Positions 52,313-60,199 of a DNA stretch of 64,000 nucleotides are shown here, one piece after another (position 1 is the first letter of the stretch; each line of letters begins with the position of its first letter). The notes beneath the pieces were generated by a model. It made no database searches. It saw only the letters and a list, made by a program, of their open reading frames with translations, and was not told the DNA's origin. Origin of the DNA: an uncultured virus (IMG/VR IMGVR_UViG_3300019373_000270). Its lineage: Duplodnaviria > Heunggongvirae > Uroviricota > Caudoviricetes. Position numbers and translations under genes: made by a program. The DNA lies in IMG/VR virus record IMGVR_UViG_3300019373_000270. One strand, given 5' to 3'.

Positions 52313-52405
52313 ATGAAAAACACAGTATTTGTATTCTCATATTCGTATAGTTATTCAAGCGTTGTTCAGAAGAATAGGGCTCGATTGGCTATGCGCGAAT
52401 GTTGA
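52313..52405 (+). CDS. Leader peptide 3 (30 aa, Ser/Tyr run): MKNTVFVFSYSYSYSSVVQKNRARLAMREC
   Basis: GAAAGGA SD; lies between promoter and terminator. Confidence 0.85.
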   Translation: MKNTVFVFSYSYSYSSVVQKNRARLAMREC

Positions 52406-52431
52406 TACTGTTTGATGATAAGTTTCAGCAT

Positions 52432-52465
52432 ATACCGTTTGGCTTTCGGGTCAGGCGGTATTTTT
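52432..52465 (+). terminator. Attenuator terminator 3
   Basis: ATACCGTTTGGCT-TTCG-GGTCAGGCGGTAT followed by a T run. Confidence 0.85.
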
Positions 52466-52476
52466 ATTTGTTATTC

Positions 52477-52562
52477 GGGAGAGTCACCCAGCGGCGAGGG
52501 AAGCGGTCCGTAAAACCGTGACATCTGAAACACCGAAGGTTCGAGTCCTTCCTCTCCCACCA
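52477..52562 (+). tRNA. tRNA-Tyr(GTA), C33, encoded CCA
   Basis: GCGGT-CC GTA AA-ACCGT; long variable region. Confidence 0.85.
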
Positions 52563-52566
52563 ACAC

Positions 52567-52652
52567 GGGCAGGTACAGAGAATCGGCAAACTCGGCGGTC
52601 TGTAAAACCGTTGCTTTATGCACAGTGGGGTCGGCACCCACCCTGCCCACCA
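52567..52652 (+). tRNA. tRNA-Tyr(GTA), atypical T-loop GTCGGCA, encoded CCA
   Basis: GCGGT-CT GTA AA-ACCGT. Confidence 0.85.
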
Positions 52653-52655
52653 TAT

Positions 52656-52748
52656 ACCGACATAATCCTAATAGGTAAGGGATCATCTTGGAAAGGTGAC
52701 AGTAATCAGGCTATCCCTGATGTTTCGGTTCGAGTCCGAATGTCGGTG
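52656..52748 (+). tRNA. tRNA-Ser(GGA)
   Basis: TCATC-TT GGA AA-GGTGA; long variable arm; G73. Confidence 0.85.
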
Positions 52749-52754
52749 TCATAC

Positions 52755-52840
52755 GCTGTGTTAGTGTAATAGGTAACACACTGCTCCCGAAAAGCAGCGT
52801 CCTTACGGGCATACAGGTTCGAGTCCTGTACACAGCGCCA
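52755..52840 (+). tRNA. tRNA-Ser(CGA), C33, encoded CCA
   Basis: CTGCT-CC CGA AA-AGCAG; variable arm; G73. Confidence 0.85.
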
Positions 52841-52843
52841 TAC

Positions 52844-52938
52844 GGTCACATAAGCCTAATTGGTAAGGCAGCGGTTTGCTAAACCGTGAGTAATCGGGTT
52901 ATTCTGATGTCCGAGTTCAAGTCTCGGTGTGGCCGCCA
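52844..52938 (+). tRNA. tRNA-Ser(GCT), encoded CCA
   Basis: GCGGT-TT GCT AA-ACCGT; long variable arm; G73. Confidence 0.9.
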
Positions 52939-52941
52939 TCT

Positions 52942-53026
52942 GCCGTGTATGCAGGTTGGCTCTGCAAACTGTCCTGAAAACAGCATACCGTAAAGCGGTA
53001 CGAGGGTTCGATCCCCTCACACGGCG
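52942..53026 (+). tRNA. tRNA-Ser(TGA), C33, A8
   Basis: ACTGT-CC TGA AA-ACAGC; variable arm TACCG/CGGTA; G73. Confidence 0.8.
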
Positions 53027-53035
53027 CTGAAGCTA

Positions 53036-53068
53036 AAAGAACTTGCTATTATTGTAAGTTCTTTTTTT
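53036..53068 (+). terminator. Terminator closing the tRNA array
   Basis: AAAAGAACTTGC...GTAAGTTCTTTTTTT. Confidence 0.75.
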
Positions 53069-53133
53069 ATTGTTTCAAGTTTTCTTCTATCATAACATCA
53101 AGAATTCGTTTTCAATCAAAGGAGGAACTTTAT

Positions 53134-53250
53134 ATGTTTGAAAAAATAAAGTATGAGCCAACAGAACAGGATAAATCATTTCCTCTGTACAATGATGGGA
53201 TAGAAGAAAACGACGATGATTATGAATTTGAAGAATATAACTGTGACTAA
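53134..53250 (+). CDS. Small acidic protein (38 aa) MFEKIKYEPTEQDKSFPLYNDGIEENDDDYEFEEYNCD
   Basis: AAAGGAGG SD; too short for the ORF track. Confidence 0.5.
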   Translation: MFEKIKYEPTEQDKSFPLYNDGIEENDDDYEFEEYNCD

Positions 53251-53370
53251 ACAAACCATATATGATTTTTTATCCGTCATAATTTTCTGCTAATATATAA
53301 TCAGTATTTGAGAATTGATGGCCGGAGTATTTTTCTCAAATAACTTTTATAAACCAAAAGGAGAAAAAAC

Positions 53371-53670
53371 ATGTTTGATGAATTAACTTTAGAAAAAAAC
53401 GATCTTGATATCGAAGAACCCAAAGATTATAAACTGATGTTATGGAATGACGATACTACACTTATAGATACAGTTGTAAAAGTACTAACTGACATCATTG
53501 GTTTTGATACCCAAAAAGCTGTAAATGTAACGATAAAGGCTCATAACTTCGGGAACTGCTGCGTAGGTATGTATCCCTACGAAATAGCAGAAACGCTAAT
53601 GGTAGAATCAATGAAGTATGTCCATTCAAGAGGTTATCATGATTTTAAAATGACAGTGGAGGAAGCATAG
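53371..53670 (+). CDS. clpS: ClpS N-degron adaptor
   Basis: YKLMLWNDDTT..DTVVKVL...AH.FG...VGMYPYEIAET. Confidence 0.9.
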   Translation: MFDELTLEKNDLDIEEPKDYKLMLWNDDTTLIDTVVKVLTDIIGFDTQKAVNVTIKAHNFGNCCVGMYPYEIAETLMVESMKYVHSRGYHDFKMTVEEA

Positions 53671-55941
53671 ATGAATATAAATCAATTAATAAAAGAAACG
53701 GCAGATTATGTAGACTCGAAGAACAGAACACTTATTACTACCGAGGATCTGTTGATAGTAATGATGTCAAAACTCAATGAATATAATATTCTTGACTTCG
53801 ATGAAGCTATCGAATTTCTGGAGGAATATCAGCGGGAAAATTTTGAGAGGACCCCATTAAAAAACATCAAGAAAATGATAATAAGCCAGAGAATATACGA
53901 ATTACAGGAAATGATAGAATCATCGCCTGTTGCAGTACAGAACACACATGATGTCCCTCTTACAGTCGTAATGACCTTCATCGCCTCATCCGAAATAGAT
54001 TCAATGGCTTCCATATTATCTAAAAGACTTATTGGCAGCGATACTGCCAAATTTGAAAAGCTTATATCAGCCGAGACTGAGAAAATTCCGGATTTTAAAT
54101 TTAATATAAATTCATTCAGAGATTATAAAGAAGATAAACGACAAACAACAAACGAAAGAAAGACAGGCACAAAAGAAAAAAGATCTGCTCTTGAATGTTT
54201 CGGCATAGATCTTTCTGAACGAGAAAGGAGAAATCCTCTTGTAGGCAGAGAAAAAGAAATGCAGCGTGTGATAGAAGTCCTTCTCAAAAAGGACAAGCCT
54301 AATCCTATCCTGACCGGATCTCAGGGAGTTGGCAAAACCGCTGTGGTACAGGAACTTGCCATAAGAATAAAAGAAGGAAATGTTCCAAAGGCAATAAAAG
54401 ATACTGTAAGATCTATATACAGTATAGAAATTGCCGATCTTCTTGCTGGTTCTAAGTACAGAGGAGAATTTGAAGAAAAACTGAAAGCTGTTCTGGAAGA
54501 AGTAAATAACTCCGACCGTTCTGTAATTCTCTATATCGATGAAATACACACTATCATGGGTGCAGGTGCTAATCCGGACAATCCTGTTGATGCAGCAAAT
54601 ATCCTTAAACCGTATCTTACAAACGGAACTATAAGGATAATAGGCTCTACTACTACCGATGAGTACAGGAAGTTCATCGAAAGAGATAAAGCGCTCGCAA
54701 GAAGATTTATGCCTGTGGATATTCCAGAGCCTTCAGTAGAAGATACTATAAAAATCCTGAATGGTATAAAAGAAGGTTACGAAAAGTTTCATGGCGTGAC
54801 CTATTCAGCAAATGCAATAGAAGCTGCTGTAAAAATGTCAGCTCAATATATTCACGATAGATGTCTGCCGGATAAAGCTATTGATCTTATTGATGAAGCC
54901 GGGGCTAAATACGCAGCCGGTGTATACAAGAACAATACGATCAGTGTAGACGATATTGAAAATGTCCTTTTTGAAACATATAAGATACCCGGGTCACAGA
55001 TGACCCGTGATGAATCAGAGGACGTAAAATGCCTTTCCGATAACCTGAATAAAAAAATATTCGGACAGGAGGAAGCAGCCAACGCTTTGATGAAGCGCAT
55101 CAAACTTGCAAAGGCAGGAATAAGAGATCTGTCAAAGCCCATAGCTAACATACTGTTTGTAGGTCCGACAGGGACAGGAAAGACAGAGATCAGTAAAGTC
55201 CTTGCTGAATCCTTAAAGATGAAACTGCTCAGATTTGATATGTCTGAGTACCAGGAAGAACATACAGTCGCAAAACTGTTCGGCTCGCCTGCAGGCTATG
55301 TCGGATATGAGGATGGCGGCTTGCTTACAAATGCGGTGAGGTCAGACCCTAACTGTGTTCTGCTGCTTGATGAGATAGAAAAAGCACATCCAAAGGTCTA
55401 TAACGCCCTTCTTCAGGCTATGGATTACGGTATGATGACCGATTCAAAGGGAGTGAAAGTTGATTTTACGAACACTGTAATAATTATGACTTCCAATGCG
55501 GGAGCTGATTCAATAGTAAAGAAAAATGTCGGTTTCGGGAAATCATCCGAAACATTAGATATTTCAGCTATGGATAAAGCACTTGAAGAAAAATTTCCTC
55601 CTGAATTCAGAGGAAGGCTTACAGATGTTGTGAAATTCAATGATCTTACTCCTGAAATATCTGAAATGATAGTAAAGAAAGAGATCGCTGCTCTGGCAGA
55701 TAACCTCACTAAGAAAAATGTCAAGCTCACAGTTACCGACAGCTGCATCGAACATCTGGCTGAGATCGGATACACTCCCATGACGGGAGCAAGAAATATA
55801 AAAAATCTTGTATCAAAAGAAATCTCCGAACTTATAGTCGATGATATGCTCTTCGGAAAACTCAAAAACGGAGGAAGTATAAAGATAGACCGGTTGGAAA
55901 AGAAATACAGAAAAACTATACGAACAAAGAAAACTATTTGA
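53671..55941 (+). CDS. clpA: ClpA-like double AAA+ unfoldase
   Basis: LVGREKE, GSQGVGKT, GSKYRGEFEE, GPTGTGKT, RFDMSEYQE, VGF loop; no long middle domain; adjacent clpS. Confidence 0.9.
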   Translation: MNINQLIKETADYVDSKNRTLITTEDLLIVMMSKLNEYNILDFDEAIEFLEEYQRENFERTPLKNIKKMIISQRIYELQEMIESSPVAVQNTHDVPLTVVMTFIASSEIDSMASILSKRLIGSDTAKFEKLISAETEKIPDFKFNINSFRDYKEDKRQTTNERKTGTKEKRSALECFGIDLSERERRNPLVGREKEMQRVIEVLLKKDKPNPILTGSQGVGKTAVVQELAIRIKEGNVPKAIKDTVRSIYSIEIADLLAGSKYRGEFEEKLKAVLEEVNNSDRSVILYIDEIHTIMGAGANPDNPVDAANILKPYLTNGTIRIIGSTTTDEYRKFIERDKALARRFMPVDIPEPSVEDTIKILNGIKEGYEKFHGVTYSANAIEAAVKMSAQYIHDRCLPDKAIDLIDEAGAKYAAGVYKNNTISVDDIENVLFETYKIPGSQMTRDESEDVKCLSDNLNKKIFGQEEAANALMKRIKLAKAGIRDLSKPIANILFVGPTGTGKTEISKVLAESLKMKLLRFDMSEYQEEHTVAKLFGSPAGYVGYEDGGLLTNAVRSDPNCVLLLDEIEKAHPKVYNALLQAMDYGMMTDSKGVKVDFTNTVIIMTSNAGADSIVKKNVGFGKSSETLDISAMDKALEEKFPPEFRGRLTDVVKFNDLTPEISEMIVKKEIAALADNLTKKNVKLTVTDSCIEHLAEIGYTPMTGARNIKNLVSKEISELIVDDMLFGKLKNGGSIKIDRLEKKYRKTIRTKKTI

Positions 55942-56039
55942 GAAACATACCCCGGAGAATAAGTTCTTCGGGGCTTTTTTTTAGTTTTGGGAATTTTCAT
56001 GTATAATTAATTCAGAAAACACAGCGGGGAAGTGCTTAG

Positions 56040-56708
56040 ATGACTAAATATGAAAAAAGAATAATGAGAATGATATGTGAAAAACATTCGCAAATGTATA
56101 ATATTCCTCTGGCTGCAAATTTTGATGATTTTGAAAGAAAATACGAAAGAGGAAATTTCTCTAATACTTTTGAAACTGTATGCAAGAAATATCTGACAGA
56201 AAAAAGAGTGAAAATAATGAGGATGCTTTACGATGAATGTGACAGCATTCAGTATGTAGCTAACGTATACGACAAAAATACTGACACCATTTACAGTGTA
56301 CTTCTGGACAGCATTACCAAACTTGCATCTTATATTCCATTTAAAGAACTGCTTGTAGGATCTTTGAAATACAATAACATAATGGAAAATAATCTCAGTA
56401 TCATATCTGAGATCACCGAACCGCCCCCGCATATAGTTCCTCAAGAAAAAAACAGTTCTGTTGTATATGTATCCGACCTGAAGCTGAACACCAGAGCAAA
56501 AAACAGTATACACAGAACATTTCAAAAGCCATTAACGGCCATAACCATTCAGGAATTTTTAAGAATGAAACCATCTGATCTTATCTTCTGCGGTATAGAA
56601 ACTAAAAAACATATCTGCAAGATTTTAAAGTCCGAAAACTTGCTGACTCCCGAATGGAAGACCGCTGTAACCGAAATAAACATGAAAAAGAAAAGAAAAC
56701 ACGAGTAA
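56040..56708 (+). CDS. Sigma70 region-4-like HTH fused to RNA polymerase alphaCTD-like domain
   Basis: LTEKRVKIMRMLY...SIQYVA...TI...SITKL, then VSDLKLNTRAKNSIHR...ITIQEFL...CGIETKKHI. Confidence 0.6.
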   Translation: MTKYEKRIMRMICEKHSQMYNIPLAANFDDFERKYERGNFSNTFETVCKKYLTEKRVKIMRMLYDECDSIQYVANVYDKNTDTIYSVLLDSITKLASYIPFKELLVGSLKYNNIMENNLSIISEITEPPPHIVPQEKNSSVVYVSDLKLNTRAKNSIHRTFQKPLTAITIQEFLRMKPSDLIFCGIETKKHICKILKSENLLTPEWKTAVTEINMKKKRKHE

Positions 56709-56974
56709 CACAATTTCATTCTATTCAACAGCTTTCATTTGAAGAGGCATGTGTATTATATCAATTAAGTGAAAATAATATTTTTTTATCAGAGCGTATT
56801 TTGGAAATCTATGCACAGTACTATTTGTAGCTCTGTGTCACACGTGACACTCACATTCCAAATTTCCTTGAAAATACTGCCGAACAATGAATTTTTTTAT
56901 TTTAAAACGGATTGACAGACACAAATAATTATTGTATAATGAAATCACAAAATTTTATATTGGAGGTAACAGCA

Positions 56975-57430
56975 ATGGCAGAAAAAAAGAAAACCGAAAA
57001 CATAATAGCAGCTGAAGTAAAAGCAGAAGTTGCGACTGAAGTTAAGAAAGAAGCGGTGAATGAAACTAAGACAGAAGCTGTAATTGAAGCTGTCAAGGAA
57101 ACTGCAAAGGAAGCTACAGCTGAAAAGCCTGTAAAGAAAACTGCTACCAAAAAATCTCCCACAAAGAAAACAGCTACAAAGACTAAAACAACCGGAACCA
57201 CTACTAAGTCAACAAGAATCAAGAAGACCGCAGCTGCTCCCGTAGAGACCTTTAAGGTTCAGTTTGGCGGAGATGAATATGATGTTTCAGAGATCAAGAA
57301 AGCAGTAGAAAACGATTATAAGAGAAAATTCAATGGTGAAGTTAAGTCTGTAGATTTTTACATCAAGCCGGAAGATAAGGCAGTTTACTATGTTATCAAC
57401 GGCGATTTCTCCGATAAGATCGAGCTTTGA
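56975..57430 (+). CDS. DUF6465-like protein with Lys/Thr/Ala-rich histone H1-like region
   Basis: KKTATKK repeats; VQFGG...FYIKPEDKAVYYVING. Confidence 0.75.
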   Translation: MAEKKKTENIIAAEVKAEVATEVKKEAVNETKTEAVIEAVKETAKEATAEKPVKKTATKKSPTKKTATKTKTTGTTTKSTRIKKTAAAPVETFKVQFGGDEYDVSEIKKAVENDYKRKFNGEVKSVDFYIKPEDKAVYYVINGDFSDKIEL

Positions 57431-57623
57431 TTTGACGGTATTGTAAACGGGTGCGACTCGCTCAGGGTTGCTCCCGTTTTTTCGTATTGATGGATTGAAA
57501 AGCAGGACTGATTATGGTATAATTGGAATTAACGTAGCGTTTCATACCTTTCCAAATCGCATTCGCATTTCAATGTTTAGATAATTACAGTATCCCTCAA
57601 ACGAGGAGATTAAGGAGAAATAA

Positions 57624-58172
57624 ATGATACTATTGGTTGTAGATACTCAAAAAGGGTGTTTTGATGAACGGTTATATTCGTTTGAAATGGTAAGAAAAAA
57701 CATAAAGCAGTTAATTACAGTAGCAAGAGAGAATAATATTGAGGTTGTATATGTCCAGCACGATGATGGTCCAGGTACTGATCTTGACAAGTCTGCTGAC
57801 AACTATGAAATATATGAGGAATTTGCACCGAGATGCGGTGAAAGACGTTTTGAAAAGAATGTAAACAGTGCTTTTCATCCCATGACAGGATTGACAGAGT
57901 ATCTATACTCTAAAGGTGAAAAAAATATTATAGCGATTGGTGTATCAACAGACTATTGTATGGATGCAACAATTAAAAGCGGATTTGAAAAAGGGTTCAA
58001 TATATTCGTCCCTTCATACACTAATTCAACCTATGATAATCCATATTTTGATAAGGAAACTGCATACAAGTATTACAATGAATTTATGTGGGGAACTCGT
58101 TACGCAAAGATAATTACTGTTGAACAAGCGATTCAGCTCTTACGTTCTGAAATAACAACAACAGATTTATAA
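57624..58172 (+). CDS. Isochorismatase-family cysteine hydrolase
   Basis: LLVVDTQ, VYVQH, EKNVNSAF, GVSTDYCMDAT. Confidence 0.9.
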   Translation: MILLVVDTQKGCFDERLYSFEMVRKNIKQLITVARENNIEVVYVQHDDGPGTDLDKSADNYEIYEEFAPRCGERRFEKNVNSAFHPMTGLTEYLYSKGEKNIIAIGVSTDYCMDATIKSGFEKGFNIFVPSYTNSTYDNPYFDKETAYKYYNEFMWGTRYAKIITVEQAIQLLRSEITTTDL

Positions 58173-58189
58173 AAAAAGAGGCGTTAATA

Positions 58190-58702
58190 TTGTCAAATAT
58201 GATATGCTTTGACTATAAATCCGACAAGGACGATCTGAATATGTCAAACGGCGGTACTTCCGTGTTTATTAATGTTCTGTGTCTCAGCAGTGGCAGGCTT
58301 GCCGAAACGGAGAACCAGAAACGCTTTATGGTATTCCTCGCTGAGAAGAATCAGAATGTCTGCGGAATCGGTACGGTTGGCTTTGATATAGTCGATATGC
58401 CGTGGGATAAGAATAGTTTTGACGAAAATAAAACCTTTATCCTCAGAGTTATTGACGGTGCAAAACAGAAACTCGGTTGGGAAACACTAGGCTATGAACC
58501 GAATGAAGAATTTGTGGCGGAGTACCTTGATACGTTCCAAAAGCTGATACAGCGTATGAGTGCTGAGAACATTATCGAAGAATCGCTGACCGAATGGTTA
58601 TCCGAAGCTGATGAGAACGATCCTATCAGGTGCGGTTTCCCAAAATGCAAGATGCACGATGCCTATATCATTGTTCATGGATGTCAGGTGTGTATGGACT
58701 AA
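58190..58702 (+). CDS. Hypothetical protein with C-terminal C-x2-H...C-x2-C
   Basis: 170 aa ORF with SD. Confidence 0.6.
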   Translation: MSNMICFDYKSDKDDLNMSNGGTSVFINVLCLSSGRLAETENQKRFMVFLAEKNQNVCGIGTVGFDIVDMPWDKNSFDENKTFILRVIDGAKQKLGWETLGYEPNEEFVAEYLDTFQKLIQRMSAENIIEESLTEWLSEADENDPIRCGFPKCKMHDAYIIVHGCQVCMD

Positions 58703-58711
58703 TCTTTTACT

Positions 58712-58891
58712 AATTTGATTATCAAGACATTCTTTGATGTTCTGTATTTCGCTGTTTCAGCGGTAATATGCCTGATTTATATTGGAAAGCTCGAAGGTGT
58801 GCGTGACGGCAGTACCATCGATACCGTTTTGATGGGCAGTATCATCAAGTTGTATAACAATATTTTCGATAAGATAATTGATAAGAAATGA
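58712..58891 (+). pseudogene. C-terminal remnant of a YczE/YyaS-like membrane protein
   Basis: Startless frame ...IKTFFDVLYFAVSAVICLIYIGKLEGVRDGSTIDTVLMGSIIK... Confidence 0.55.
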
Positions 58892-58903
58892 GGTAAATAT
58901 AAA

Positions 58904-59932
58904 ATGACTACGATGACAGATAAAGAAAAAGAGTTCTACCTGAATATTCAAGCATATTTTCATTCAAGATTAACTGAATTGAATTGGATATATAGTCCAT
59001 TTGCTTTTATTGATTCAAGAGTTACTTTTAATAATCTGATAAAAATACAGAATTTTAATAAGTATCCGTTTCTTGTGTTAGATAGAAACATTTTTTCAAG
59101 ATTAATTCGTATGATTAAAGAAGGGAAAACCGTAGAAGGAAGTTCAAGAGACATAGCTATACTAATTACATGGGCAATTTATCACAATTTCGACTTACTT
59201 CCATATTTCGCTTTAAATGAATATGCAGAAAGTGTAAATAGTGAAGCAGAGGCACAAAAGGAATTCAACGTTTTTAACCGAATATTCATGGATATTCCGC
59301 TCTTTGATTGGACGTGTGTGGCTTTAGGGAAAGAAAATGAATTAAAACATACTATAAAATTAGAAACCAGTTCGTTTTCAGAGTTTACATTTTCGAATGA
59401 ATCTACAGATTATTTGAATAATTATGCTGCCATGCTGCATTTAACAACTGTTTTACGAACTGAGAAAGACTCGATTTTGCGTTTTAAAAAATACTTTGAA
59501 TGGCTTTATAATTCAATTAAAGTATCCCGTTTCACTGTGTTATATGCTGTAAAAATATTTTTAGGCGATAGTAATTATAGAATGCCCAAAAAGGCACTTT
59601 CAACTTCATTAACCAACACCGTGGAAGGATGCAAGAATCAAGCTCGTGATCTCTCGTATCTAACTTGCTTGTCGATTGACAGAATACCAGAAGAATACGA
59701 ACCAATTCTTGTCACCGATGACAATATGTTAGGAAATCTTTACATAAACGGTTATTATAATACAAACCCAATAAGATTATTTGAGAATAGTATTAAAACT
59801 CATCAATCGCAAGTTAAGGCGTGGGTTGATGAATTGTTACAGAATCATACTGAGGTTGAATCAGAAGATTATCATTCATACTGTAAAAAAATAGTAGATT
59901 GCGAAGAAAAGCTTCTTGCGAGTACCTTTTGA
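58904..59932 (+). CDS. Hypothetical low-GC protein, possibly PIN-like
   Basis: LVLDRNIFS...ALNE...RDLSY...LVTDD acidic pattern. Confidence 0.5.
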   Translation: MTTMTDKEKEFYLNIQAYFHSRLTELNWIYSPFAFIDSRVTFNNLIKIQNFNKYPFLVLDRNIFSRLIRMIKEGKTVEGSSRDIAILITWAIYHNFDLLPYFALNEYAESVNSEAEAQKEFNVFNRIFMDIPLFDWTCVALGKENELKHTIKLETSSFSEFTFSNESTDYLNNYAAMLHLTTVLRTEKDSILRFKKYFEWLYNSIKVSRFTVLYAVKIFLGDSNYRMPKKALSTSLTNTVEGCKNQARDLSYLTCLSIDRIPEEYEPILVTDDNMLGNLYINGYYNTNPIRLFENSIKTHQSQVKAWVDELLQNHTEVESEDYHSYCKKIVDCEEKLLASTF

Positions 59933-60199
59933 TTGTACTTCAGTTCTTTGAATGAAGTCTCGATGTTAAGGACGATGTTGAGTGGGGCTTTACCTATTTT
60001 CTGCCTGAATTTAAAAAAACGTCTGTAAGATATGGGGCTTCATTCTGCCTAAAGTCTCCGACATAGAGGGTGAAATCGACCTGTGGACTGCGGAAATCGA
60101 AAAGAATTTCAGGGTTATCAGGGCAGAATCCTATGAAGCGATACTGGAAGAAATACAGCAATAATATAGAATACTTATCTATCAGAGGTGGTGAACTTC

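Noticed and set aside
50065..52476. T-box riboswitches upstream of the tRNA operons
   Set aside because: No GGTGGNACC T-box sequence or stem I motifs; the leaders instead contain SD-led ORFs.
50216..52769. ORF-track ORFs overlapping tRNAs (e.g. 51750-52172, 50902-51189, 52518-52769)
   Set aside because: Shadow frames over tRNA genes.
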